64,000 bases of DNA from an uncultured bacterium (lineage in GTDB: Bacteria > Patescibacteriota > Minisyncoccia > UBA6257 > GWB1-50-10): positions 523-64,522 of the forward strand of contig CAIKKG010000024.1 of the NCBI GenBank assembly GCA_903827975.1. Direction: 5' to 3'. Below, in pieces: positions 47,999 through 57,607 of the stretch; position 1 is the stretch's first letter, and every line of letters starts with the position of its first letter. The notes under the pieces were generated by a model, which worked only from the letters and a program-made list of their open reading frames with translations, searched no databases and was not told where the DNA came from. A program made the translations under genes and the position numbers.

Positions 47999-49069
47999 TT
48001 ACTTATTAGCAAAAGGATTTTTTACTCCTAAAACTTCGAAATGAAGATGGCACCCAGTAGGGCCGTCTGCATTCCCTGTACTTCCAACCAATCCAATCTG
48101 CTCTCCCTGAGTTACTGAATCACCAACCTTCACAAGCGCCTTGCTAAGGTGTGCATAGCGAGTCCTAACTCCGTTTGAGTGTTCAATAAGAACAAATAAT
48201 CCGTATCCATTATTCCATCCAGTAGAGCCATCGCTCTTAAGTGTACTGTCCTCTATTACCATTCCTCCTGCTGATGCCTTCACTGCAATGCCACACTTAT
48301 TTCCGATATCAACCGCGTTTACATCATGCAGCTCTCCAAAATTCATACCAGCAAGTGGAAGTGTAAAGAAATTTTTTAATTCCTGGAGTTTCGCGGTTGT
48401 CTGCTCTGCTGATATTTTAGCCGTTGGTTTTACAGCTGGTAATATCAGAGAACCACTTCCATCTGCCATGATTTTCTGGTAATTAGGGTTATATCTCTTT
48501 ATTGAGTCGATCTCTGTTGAATACTTCTTTGCTACACCCTCTAAAATATCACCCTCTTTTACGGTGTATAGCACACCAGACACTGGAAGTATTGATAATA
48601 CTTGGCCAACTTTTACAGCTTTTATACCACCATTCGCGAACTTTATTGTATCTGCTGAAATATTAAATTTTATTGCGATTTTTGCGATTGTGTCTCCTTT
48701 CTTCACCTTATACTGCTTAATGCCATTTTCTGATGCAGAAAAATCTGGCGTCGGATTTGATGTGGCAATTGCGGTAGCGCTCTCATTATCAACAAAAACC
48801 CTCCTTAGGTCAGTTGTATATGTCGGGGACACACCTAACCCAGACTGTAAAGATGGGTCGGCCTCTATTGAGATTGGGCCACCCTTATTTCCGAAATTAA
48901 GCTCTTCGTGAGCATAATAAAAAACCGCATTTGTGTGCGATAAAGGCATGAGATTCAGAATAAGCATGGTGGTCACGAAAATTAACGACCATATATTGGT
49001 CGTTTTTGATATCTCCTTTATTAGTGGTTCTATTTTCCTGACTATCAATTGTATTTTAGGAATAAACAC
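47999..49069 (-). CDS. LysM-repeat M23-family peptidoglycan endopeptidase
   Basis: There are two LysM repeats (YKVKKGDTIAKIAIKF; YTVKEGDILEGVAKKY) and an M23 catalytic region ending ...GPTGCHLHFEV. Confidence 0.8.
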   Translation of the reverse strand: MFIPKIQLIVRKIEPLIKEISKTTNIWSLIFVTTMLILNLMPLSHTNAVFYYAHEELNFGNKGGPISIEADPSLQSGLGVSPTYTTDLRRVFVDNESATAIATSNPTPDFSASENGIKQYKVKKGDTIAKIAIKFNISADTIKFANGGIKAVKVGQVLSILPVSGVLYTVKEGDILEGVAKKYSTEIDSIKRYNPNYQKIMADGSGSLILPAVKPTAKISAEQTTAKLQELKNFFTLPLAGMNFGELHDVNAVDIGNKCGIAVKASAGGMVIEDSTLKSDGSTGWNNGYGLFVLIEHSNGVRTRYAHLSKALVKVGDSVTQGEQIGLVGSTGNADGPTGCHLHFEVLGVKNPFANK

Positions 49070-49154
49070 ATTCTAGCAAATTCGGGTCTTTTTTTCAATT
49101 TAGTTGATGCTTAATGCGGAGCCCTGTGATAGAATAAAATTAGATATAAAGAAT

Positions 49155-49571
49155 ATGAACCTTATCAAACAACGCAAAACTTATTCTGGAATAATGCTTT
49201 TTATATTTTTATTTGTTATTTTTTTTAGTACACAGATAAAAAAAGCTGATGCTGTGGTTGGTTTTGTTGGTGGAATGACAGTCGGTGGAGAGATTGAGAC
49301 AATGTACCCATGCACATGTGGATATACGGCGTGGCTTGCGGCTATGTATATTTATATTCAAGGAAAGCCTTATACCATGTCAGGAACTTATGTTTTTTCA
49401 GAGACCATGACTGATATTTTCTCTAGTTGGATAGTAAAACCGTTATCAAGTATGGTTGGAACATACATTCCTGGCGTCCAGCTTTGCTATATGCAGGTTG
49501 GGTATGTTTGTACTGTCCTTCCATCAAGGGGATTCATAACAAAGATTGGTACCGGTCTTGCTGTGCAGTAG
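49155..49571 (+). CDS. Hypothetical small exported Cys-containing protein
   Basis: A signal-peptide-like N-terminus (MNLIKQRKTYSGIMLFIFLFVIFF) is present. The start was chosen at the internal ATG, and 49104 is an alternative. Confidence 0.4.
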   Translation: MNLIKQRKTYSGIMLFIFLFVIFFSTQIKKADAVVGFVGGMTVGGEIETMYPCTCGYTAWLAAMYIYIQGKPYTMSGTYVFSETMTDIFSSWIVKPLSSMVGTYIPGVQLCYMQVGYVCTVLPSRGFITKIGTGLAVQ

Positions 49572-49606
49572 TAATAAATTTATTTTTACTAAGTTAAACT
49601 AAAAAA

Positions 49607-50425
49607 ATGCGACAAAAATTTGGTCAGCACTTTCTTAAGAGTTCTGAAAAATTAAAATTAATATCTGAAGCAATACAAATTCAGGCGGGGGATACGGTAA
49701 TCGAGATAGGCCCAGGCCACGGCGAGCTAACCAACTTTATTATTGCTGAATTAGAGGGCCTCAAAAATACCAAGCTTATTCTGATTGAGCGCGATATTTT
49801 ACTTATCCCAGAGCTTCGTAGGAAGTTTAGCACCGCACTTTCTATTGGTAGATTAGAAATTATTGAGGGGGATGCTTTGTTTGAACTTCCGAAACTTGCT
49901 GAGAGGGAGAATATAAAAAATCTATCCTATAAACTGGTTGGTAATATTCCTTATTACATAACTGGATCTCTATTTCGAGTCATTGAGGGGTTGAAGAATA
50001 AGCCCTCGCTTGCAGTCTTCACACTTCAAAAAGAGGTTGCTATTCGCGTAACAGCTGACTCACCAAAAATGAACCTGCTTTCTGCGAGTGTTAAATACTT
50101 TGCGAACTCTGAGCTATTGATGATTTTATCAAAGGACTTATTCTCCCCGCCTCCGGAGGTTGATTCTGCGGTGATCCGCCTTGTAACACTTCCCGAGCCG
50201 GATGTAACACCACCAGAATTTTATTATACTTTTATAAAAGCTCTTTTTAAGCAGCCTAGAAAAACTCTTTTAAATAATCTAAAGGAGCTTCCTGAGTTTG
50301 GCGCGCTCTCACATGATGAACAGGAAAAATTACTTAGTGGTTTTGGTGTTTTGGAAAGCTCAAGACCGCAAGATATGCACATAAGCGCTATAAAACAATT
50401 AGCGAATGTGTTGTATACTAAATAG
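49607..50425 (+). CDS. rsmA: 16S rRNA (adenine1518/1519-N6)-dimethyltransferase
   Basis: MRQKFGQHFLKS followed by a SAM-binding VIEIGPGHGELT motif. Confidence 0.9.
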   Translation: MRQKFGQHFLKSSEKLKLISEAIQIQAGDTVIEIGPGHGELTNFIIAELEGLKNTKLILIERDILLIPELRRKFSTALSIGRLEIIEGDALFELPKLAERENIKNLSYKLVGNIPYYITGSLFRVIEGLKNKPSLAVFTLQKEVAIRVTADSPKMNLLSASVKYFANSELLMILSKDLFSPPPEVDSAVIRLVTLPEPDVTPPEFYYTFIKALFKQPRKTLLNNLKELPEFGALSHDEQEKLLSGFGVLESSRPQDMHISAIKQLANVLYTK

Positions 50426-50430
50426 TATAA

Positions 50431-51186
50431 ATGCAGAAAAGAACTATTATTTCTCTCGGCATTCTTCTAACCGGCATAGTGAGCATGGTCTGGCTTTTTT
50501 CAGGAGAAAAAACAAAGGCTGGTAATTTCGACATATCTATTTCTGCGGGTGGAACAGATGATGCACGTTTTGTTGGTGTTGGTGGTGGGACTGGTGATTA
50601 CTCAAATTCACAAAACAGAACGGAAGACGTTGCAAAGGAGTATGGACTTGAGATGTTAAAAATAAATCCGCAAGGAATTGGAAATGTTACTGGTGTAGCC
50701 CTTCCAAATGATGCGGTTTTAAATGGTATTGTGAATCGAGCGGCTTCCGCAAAAATTTTAGTTAAGCTTTTCACCAAGACAGATTTTAAGATTGTCAGTG
50801 ACTCTTCCTCTAGCACAATAAAAAATTATATTGGCTCACTCGTTGATGAAGAAAACAAAGCAGCCGCAGCTACGGCTCTTTTTTACAAAGTACTTGGTAG
50901 CTTCGTAACTGAGAGTGATTCTCAGAAACTTATTTCTATAAATAATGATATTTCAATACATATAAATGAATTACTTGCGATGCAAGTTCCAGAATCATGG
51001 GCCACTTTTCATCTTGGCCTATTAAATTTTTGGGAGTCAAAGTTAACCTATTCAAAGTCATTTCTTAATAAAGGGAGTGATCCGTTATTGGCGGCAAGTG
51101 CCTCACAAAATCTTTTGCTGTTACTAGATCAAGAAAAAAGTATTAGGACTGATTTTTTAAGTCGCGTTAGTGGAATTAAATTGTAA
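50431..51186 (+). CDS. Hypothetical membrane-anchored protein, the first gene of the T4SS-like operon
   Basis: The 251-aa protein has an N-terminal TM anchor, and the gene is tightly packed with those downstream. Confidence 0.45.
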   Translation: MQKRTIISLGILLTGIVSMVWLFSGEKTKAGNFDISISAGGTDDARFVGVGGGTGDYSNSQNRTEDVAKEYGLEMLKINPQGIGNVTGVALPNDAVLNGIVNRAASAKILVKLFTKTDFKIVSDSSSSTIKNYIGSLVDEENKAAAATALFYKVLGSFVTESDSQKLISINNDISIHINELLAMQVPESWATFHLGLLNFWESKLTYSKSFLNKGSDPLLAASASQNLLLLLDQEKSIRTDFLSRVSGIKL

Positions 51187-51188
51187 AT

Positions 51189-53198
51189 ATGCAGACCAGA
51201 AAAATAAGAATACTCACATCATTTCTCGCGGTTGTAATTCTCTCGAACTCGCTTTTTTTTGCGTTTCCTCAAAAATCTCTTGCCCAGACTAGTGCTGATG
51301 GTGGTGCTCAGGAAATTGCAGCAAAGTGTGGACTCACAAACGCTACTACGTGGATAGCGGGTAAGCTTTCGGCGGTTGTAACTGGTGCGACTCCAAACAC
51401 TCAGGTTTCTGTAAAGAATGATGAGGCAGCCTCAACCTCTCTTTGGGATGGAGCAAAAGAATGTCTCCTTGCGCTTTGGAATGCTCTTATAAAGATAGCT
51501 TTTAACATGTTTAAAAAGCGCTTACTTGATAGGCTCACCGATGATCTGGTTGGTTGGATAAGTGGAAAAACTGGCAAGCCAAAGTTTATCACTAATTATA
51601 AGGACATGTTAAAGAACACGGCTGATGCTGCTCTTGGAGATACTATTCGTGCAATCGGAGCTGGAAAGTTGTGCGACAATAAACTTAGTGTTCAGCTTCA
51701 ATTAAATCTTCAAGCACTGGATTCTCAAGATTTTTCTAAGAGAGTGGACTGCACGCTTTCTCAGGTTGTTAAGAACATTGGGGCTTTTGGAGATAATTTT
51801 AAAAATGGAAGTTGGATTGGGTATCAGGAGGTCAATTCGCTTCAAAATAATAAGTATGGACTACAACTTTTGGCTATGGATAATCTCGCGCGAGGTCAGG
51901 CAAAGCAGACCGATCTTTTAAAAACCGAGATGGGGGGCTCAAACGGATTCCTATCCACTAAACTTTGTAATAAATGGACAATAATAGGACAAAAGAATGA
52001 TTGTAATACAGGAAGGGGAACGCTCTGCCCAGCTGAGATTGAGCTTGGCTCATTTATCTCTCCACGTGGCAATGATACATACCTAGATGCGGAACAGGAT
52101 GGCTCAGCACTAGCCATAAAATTCCAAGGCGACTCATCAATGAGCTCTTCACTAGCTCAGGTTCCTCCTAATGCTCAGATTAATAAGCTTTTGTGTAAGC
52201 CGGAGGACCAGAAAATAACAACACCTGGATCAACGCTCGCCGCCTCACTAAGCAACTCTCTTGATGCTGATACGAGGAAATTAATAGGTGCTGACGACCT
52301 AACTCCATATTTAGCAAAAATATTTGATGCTGCTTTTAATCGTGTAATAAAAGAGGGTGTTAGAGGGCTCGCAGAAGCTAGCACGAATATTTTCAGTCAG
52401 AGTAGTACTGGCACACAACCACAGTCATATCAAACGAGCTCTCAGTGCTCCTCAATTCGTACCAATGGAACAACTCAATGCTCATTAATACTCACTCAGG
52501 GCGCTCCACAGTGTATTGCCGAGAAGAAGCTTGGTGCTACGGATGCTGATTATGCAAAATGTAATTTAGCCGCTAAGAATGATTGTAATGCCGCCGCGGC
52601 ATCTGCTTGTGATCGCGATGCTATCTATGTTGGTTATGGAGGTTCAATGGTTAGCACCGCCACATCGGACTTACAGTTAAATTCTGTGTCCACATCTACA
52701 ATCTATAACCTTGCGTCCACAACACTTAATACAATTAATACAAAGATTCCACCAATACTTGCTGAGGTTCAGGCTTTGTATGTTCAGTACCAAGGAAGCT
52801 TGATGCTTCTCTCTAGTTGTGAAAAGGCCAAAACCCTACCAAAAGAGGTGTGCCCAACTACATCACTACTTCTAACTCAGTTAATACCCGTCTCCTCACG
52901 CATTAATGGTGTTCCGATGGCAGTAACAACATATAAAAATGAATTGTTGGAAATTATTGGAAAATTAAACAACCCATCACTTAAAGCTGCTGATGCATCA
53001 TATCTTTCTGTTCGGGTCCAGCTTATTTCAACTGATATAACAGATACAATAGACAAATTTACTTCTGATAAATCCATGTTGACGGCTATAAACTTAACAG
53101 AAGAATATAATTCATGCTCAGCAGCAATACCATCAGCGAATAAATATTACATATGCCCAGGCACTAGCACTCCGGGTGGTGGTCCGATTCAGCCGTAA
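51189..53198 (+). CDS. Large exported Cys-rich protein of the T4SS-like operon
   Basis: The 669-aa protein has a signal peptide (…SLAQTSA) and more than 20 Cys residues spread through a Ser/Thr/Asn-rich sequence. Confidence 0.45.
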   Translation: MQTRKIRILTSFLAVVILSNSLFFAFPQKSLAQTSADGGAQEIAAKCGLTNATTWIAGKLSAVVTGATPNTQVSVKNDEAASTSLWDGAKECLLALWNALIKIAFNMFKKRLLDRLTDDLVGWISGKTGKPKFITNYKDMLKNTADAALGDTIRAIGAGKLCDNKLSVQLQLNLQALDSQDFSKRVDCTLSQVVKNIGAFGDNFKNGSWIGYQEVNSLQNNKYGLQLLAMDNLARGQAKQTDLLKTEMGGSNGFLSTKLCNKWTIIGQKNDCNTGRGTLCPAEIELGSFISPRGNDTYLDAEQDGSALAIKFQGDSSMSSSLAQVPPNAQINKLLCKPEDQKITTPGSTLAASLSNSLDADTRKLIGADDLTPYLAKIFDAAFNRVIKEGVRGLAEASTNIFSQSSTGTQPQSYQTSSQCSSIRTNGTTQCSLILTQGAPQCIAEKKLGATDADYAKCNLAAKNDCNAAAASACDRDAIYVGYGGSMVSTATSDLQLNSVSTSTIYNLASTTLNTINTKIPPILAEVQALYVQYQGSLMLLSSCEKAKTLPKEVCPTTSLLLTQLIPVSSRINGVPMAVTTYKNELLEIIGKLNNPSLKAADASYLSVRVQLISTDITDTIDKFTSDKSMLTAINLTEEYNSCSAAIPSANKYYICPGTSTPGGGPIQP

Positions 53199-53206
53199 AT
53201 ATAACA

Positions 53207-55237
53207 ATGAAGCTTCTCAATAAAAAACTGTTACTGGTTTTAGGAATCGTTCTTCTTTCTGGACTTGTCGTCCCTCATTTAGCGCATGCAGCTGGTATGA
53301 TGGAACAGGCACTTACAGATGTAGTAACCTATACCTTTAAATTCATTACCTATATTTTTGCATATATAGGTTCGGTATTATTCAGTTTTGCCGGTATGCT
53401 AGTGGACTACACACTGAGACTTAATATGACTGTTGGGGATACTGAAAAGAATCTTCTTCTTGGTGTTGGTTGGGGCATCACAAAAGATATTGCAAACCTT
53501 GGCTTCGTGCTCGCTATGATTATTATTGCGTTCGCAACAATAATCGGAAATGAAAGTTATGGATACAAAAAATTACTTGCTAATTTAATTGGTGCTGCGA
53601 TTGCTGTAAACTTCAGTCTTGCAATTGCTGGGGTATTTATCGATTTCTCTCATGTTATTACTGTATTTTTTATAAATAAAATAAGTACTACTGGCGCTTC
53701 TGGCATGGCTGAGCAGATGGCAAATGCGTTTAGCGTTCAGAATTTTCTATTAGAGGACTCTAACAATCCACTACCTCCGAATCCGTCTGAGGAGAGTGGG
53801 ACAATGTCACGCCTAAGTACTGCGGTTGTAATCTCTCTTGTGAGTTTAGTCTTTGTACTTGTGTTCACAATAACGGCTGCAATTATATTTTTAATATTTG
53901 CAATAATGCTTCTCGCTCGATATGTCTGGCTATCATTCCTTCTTATTATCGCTCCGATAACATGGTTGTTCTGGGTTATCCCTGGAATGAGTGGTAAGTT
54001 CGGAGAGTGGTGGAGTAACTTCTTAAAACAGGTTTTCTTTGCACCAGCAATGACGTTCTTCCTATATCTTGCTTTTATGAGTGTGCAGGGTCTTGCCGAA
54101 AAACCAGCCACGGGTGCTTTCTTCAAAGATGGCGCGCTTGCAGCAATAATAAGTTCTGGAGCTAATATGGTTGTTTTGATTGGAATCCTTGTTGGTGGAC
54201 TTATAACAGCTGAAAAAATGGGCGCAACTGGCGCAAAAATGGGAATGGAGAGATTGTCTGCTTTGGGTGGCGCCTCAAAGGATTATGCAGGGAGTATAGC
54301 TAAGAAATATGGTAAGAAGGTTGCAGAAACAAAAGCTGTTAAGAGTGTGCAGAGTGCAGCCCTTCGTGTTGGCTCTAGCGCAAGGAAGCTTGCTGAATAT
54401 AAACCAACAAGTAGAACTGGTAAGATTTTGACCGCTGTAACAGGGCTAGGTCTTGCAAAGTCTGTTGTTGGACTTGGAGGAGAAAAATTACAAAATATTG
54501 GTGGCGTGCCAGTAAATCCGGACTCGCTTGGTTCAAGGGCCTGGTCTGCGGTCTGGGGTAAGTATCCTGATAATCGCGCTCAATCTAAGAAGGATGCTGA
54601 TGAGAGGGAACAAAACAAGGGAGCTGAGGAGCTCACGGCTGATCATGAGAAACTACGCACCGAGCGACAGAGGCTTGTTGATAATGGCGTAAGTGAGAAA
54701 GACCCAAGAATTGTCACTATGGATAAGCAACTTGGAAAGCTAAAATCAAGTGTTGTAGAGAAAACAAGCCTACCAAAAGACGTAGAAGGATTAATTAACA
54801 AAGAAAAGGAATTGAAGTTGAAGTTGGAAGAATTGGCAGCTGGTGGTAGTGACATCTCTGTGATTAAAAAGCAACTTGAGAAAGCAACTGATGAACTTGA
54901 TAAGGCTCAAAGAGAGGACTCGAAAATAACACCGGCTAGTAGGGCGTGGAAGAGCCACCGCATTACAAAAGAAGCCACTAGAATGGCTGGTATAATAGGC
55001 GGAAAAATAAAACCTGGTGAGCCAGACCCAGACACAGACACAGATTCCGCTATAGCACAAGAGAAATTATGGCGCGAAATTGATACGCAGAAGAAGCCTA
55101 ACTCCAAACCAGCTTGGGCGGAACGCGTAATTAAACTCGACGCTGCTCTAACAGAAGCTACTGCTGCCCACCTTCCACCTGACGCACTTAAGTACATTGG
55201 GGATTTAAAGGCTGAGGCGATTGATAAGAGTACATAA
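53207..55237 (+). CDS. VirB6/TrbL-like polytopic inner-membrane channel protein with a C-terminal coiled-coil charged tail
   Basis: The 676-aa protein has a signal or TM N-terminus, at least 6 TM helices across the first 350 residues, then a K/E-rich coiled coil. Confidence 0.5.
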   Translation: MKLLNKKLLLVLGIVLLSGLVVPHLAHAAGMMEQALTDVVTYTFKFITYIFAYIGSVLFSFAGMLVDYTLRLNMTVGDTEKNLLLGVGWGITKDIANLGFVLAMIIIAFATIIGNESYGYKKLLANLIGAAIAVNFSLAIAGVFIDFSHVITVFFINKISTTGASGMAEQMANAFSVQNFLLEDSNNPLPPNPSEESGTMSRLSTAVVISLVSLVFVLVFTITAAIIFLIFAIMLLARYVWLSFLLIIAPITWLFWVIPGMSGKFGEWWSNFLKQVFFAPAMTFFLYLAFMSVQGLAEKPATGAFFKDGALAAIISSGANMVVLIGILVGGLITAEKMGATGAKMGMERLSALGGASKDYAGSIAKKYGKKVAETKAVKSVQSAALRVGSSARKLAEYKPTSRTGKILTAVTGLGLAKSVVGLGGEKLQNIGGVPVNPDSLGSRAWSAVWGKYPDNRAQSKKDADEREQNKGAEELTADHEKLRTERQRLVDNGVSEKDPRIVTMDKQLGKLKSSVVEKTSLPKDVEGLINKEKELKLKLEELAAGGSDISVIKKQLEKATDELDKAQREDSKITPASRAWKSHRITKEATRMAGIIGGKIKPGEPDPDTDTDSAIAQEKLWREIDTQKKPNSKPAWAERVIKLDAALTEATAAHLPPDALKYIGDLKAEAIDKST

Positions 55238-55308
55238 TTTAGTGGTAGTTGGTAAAATAATTATAGTACTTACCTAATCTAAAATAGTAATCACACAAAA
55301 CAGATAAT

Positions 55309-56439
55309 ATGGCATTCGAATATCCATCAAAAAACGCTTTTCTTAATAGGTATAAAAATCTACACGAAACACTTCGTGAGGTTGTCGACTCCTCTGAAAC
55401 AAATAGGGTTTTTAAGAGTATCTGTAGGGAGCATTATCTAAATAGTGAGAAGGAGGAGCTTCTTGGCGCATTGGTTTCTTTTGTTCTCATGGGTTTCTTA
55501 CCACAGGAAGACCTTGCAAATGAGATAGGTGAGCAGTTGTTCTTGAATGATAGGCACTCAAAGGAGCTTGCGAATGAGATTAATACTCGCGTTTTCTACA
55601 CAATAAAAGATGAGATAGCGTCAGAATACAACCCAACTAGAGATGAGGGTGAACAACCATCAGAGATTGGTGTTCAGCAATATGAGGCTATAGAGCCTGA
55701 GCCGTTAGCGGTTGAAAGCGAGACTGAGGAGATTGAGCTTCCTAATACATTTGGTGAGAATATTCGCGCTAGCGCGGGTGATACAAGTGATATGCCGGTC
55801 TCACTACAGATTAACGAAGATGGTGGGCCAGCAGTGCTTCAAGAAGGTGCTTCGTTTTTCAAAAAATCCACAGAGCAGGCAGAGAGAAGGGCTCCAATTG
55901 CTCCGTTCAAGATGTTCGCCTCATCATCAGAGTCTACGGATGCGAGACCAACTGTAAGAGTAAAAGTTGAAACCCCACGCTCTTTTGGTTGGCCGGCAGA
56001 AAAAAAAGAGGAGGAGAGCGTCGTTCATTATAATGAGTCTGCGTTTCCGACTGACCAGCAGGCCTCTGAAGGTTTAATTCACCTTGAGGCAATTCAAAAT
56101 ATTACTCCTGATACCACGAAAAGTTCTCCAATCCCAGCAGTTGAAACACCAGTTGTGAGTCAGGATGTCGTGAATACAGAGCTTCCTGCGGTTGTGAGCC
56201 AAAATACTGAGGATAAGAAGGCGTGGTCAATAAAATCAATATTCAAAAAAGAAAATACCAACGAGAAGAAAATATCTTTTAATGAGATGCCGGCAACCGA
56301 TACAGATCAACATATTCCTGTTCAGATAACAACGAGTGTTTCAAAAGATGCTCCTTTTGTTATTTCTACAGAGGAATCTTCCAAAGAAGTAGATAAAAAA
56401 GATCCGGCGCTCGATGGTAATGTGGTTCATCTTAAGTAG
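55309..56439 (+). CDS. Hypothetical acidic protein of the T4SS-like operon
   Basis: The 376-aa protein is Glu/Asp/Ser/Thr-rich with no TM helix. Confidence 0.4.
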   Translation: MAFEYPSKNAFLNRYKNLHETLREVVDSSETNRVFKSICREHYLNSEKEELLGALVSFVLMGFLPQEDLANEIGEQLFLNDRHSKELANEINTRVFYTIKDEIASEYNPTRDEGEQPSEIGVQQYEAIEPEPLAVESETEEIELPNTFGENIRASAGDTSDMPVSLQINEDGGPAVLQEGASFFKKSTEQAERRAPIAPFKMFASSSESTDARPTVRVKVETPRSFGWPAEKKEEESVVHYNESAFPTDQQASEGLIHLEAIQNITPDTTKSSPIPAVETPVVSQDVVNTELPAVVSQNTEDKKAWSIKSIFKKENTNEKKISFNEMPATDTDQHIPVQITTSVSKDAPFVISTEESSKEVDKKDPALDGNVVHLK

Positions 56440-56447
56440 TTTTTAAT

Positions 56448-56930
56448 ATGGCAGAATTCCAAGTTCCGCAATTTATCGAGGAGAAACCAAAAATCGTTGG
56501 CCCACTAACCATCGTTCAGTTTTTGTATATTGGTTCTGGTGCGGCAATTTCTCTTATAAGTTATTACGCTTTTAATACTATTTTATGGTTAATTATCTCA
56601 ATAATAGTTGTTGGAATATCAGTTGCGCTCGCCTTTGTTAAGGTTAATGGCCAGGACCTGCCAGTTGTTGCTTTGTCTGCTTTTCAGTTTATATGGGGCC
56701 CAAGAAAATACACTTGGCAAAGAGCGATGGAGCAGACGACTTTTGATACTTCTGATTTGGAGAAGATTCAGGTAATAAGAAAAAATATCAGCATTCAAGA
56801 TAAAATTAAATCTATTGCGCTTGGTATTACAACTGGAAGTATTGAGAGAACGAAAGCCGGCGGTACAAAATTTCAGTCTGTTACCTACATAACAGGGGAG
56901 CATAAGGTTGCGAAGAGAGTTGATTACTAA
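56448..56930 (+). CDS. VirB3/PrgI-like small two-TM protein
   Basis: The 160-aa protein starts MAEFQVPQFIEEKPKIVGPLTIVQFLYIGSGAAISLISYY… with two adjacent TM helices, and sits immediately upstream of the VirB4-type ATPase as in canonical T4SS loci. Confidence 0.5.
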   Translation: MAEFQVPQFIEEKPKIVGPLTIVQFLYIGSGAAISLISYYAFNTILWLIISIIVVGISVALAFVKVNGQDLPVVALSAFQFIWGPRKYTWQRAMEQTTFDTSDLEKIQVIRKNISIQDKIKSIALGITTGSIERTKAGGTKFQSVTYITGEHKVAKRVDY

Positions 56931-56959
56931 ACCGCGTAAATACGGTACAATATTAATAC

Positions 56960-57598
56960 ATGGCTGATATAAGCATCCCAACACAACAATTCGTTGACGT
57001 AAAAGAAGTACGCGATGGCGTTTTGTATTTAAAGTCTGGTGGTATCCGCAAAATACTTATCGTCGGCGGAATTAACTTTGATCTCAAATCAGAAGGTGAG
57101 CAAAATACAATACTTGCAAGTTTCCAGAATTTTTTAAATACAATTGATTTTCCTATACAACTTCTCATTCACTCAAGAAAGGTTAATGTTGAGAGTTATC
57201 TTTCGAAAATGGTTCAGTTAAAAGATAAAGAGGATAATGAACTTTTAAAAATACAGATTGGTGAATATATAAACTTCATACGTTCTTTTGTTGATGAGAA
57301 CGCAATAATTAGTAAGGTATTTTTAGTTGTTGTCCCATATGAGTCTGCTTCTGCGAAATCAAGTTCATCTGGTTTTTTTGATATTTTTAAAAAACAGACG
57401 AAGGTTGAGATTAATGAGTCCGAAAATGCTGCAATAGAGCAACTTAATCATAGGGTTTCTGAGGTGACCGACGGATTAATGCAGGTTGGTCTTAATGTTA
57501 CATCACTTAATAGTGATGAGATTACTGAGTTGTTTTACAATATGTACAATCCACAACTAGCCGAGAAGAAAAATATGGACTTAATAAAAGAATCATAA
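56960..57598 (+). CDS. VirB4/TraE-type conjugation-family ATPase, N-terminal domain ORF
   Basis: MADISIPTQQFVDVKEVRDGVLYLKSGGIRKILIVGGINFDLKSEGEQNTILASFQNFLNTIDFPIQLLIH matches the N-terminal membrane-proximal domain of Gram-positive-type VirB4 (TcpF/PrgJ-like). It ends with TAA-GAA-TAA, in frame with the next ORF. Confidence 0.6.
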   Translation: MADISIPTQQFVDVKEVRDGVLYLKSGGIRKILIVGGINFDLKSEGEQNTILASFQNFLNTIDFPIQLLIHSRKVNVESYLSKMVQLKDKEDNELLKIQIGEYINFIRSFVDENAIISKVFLVVVPYESASAKSSSSGFFDIFKKQTKVEINESENAAIEQLNHRVSEVTDGLMQVGLNVTSLNSDEITELFYNMYNPQLAEKKNMDLIKES

Positions 57599-57607
57599 GA
57601 ATAAAAA

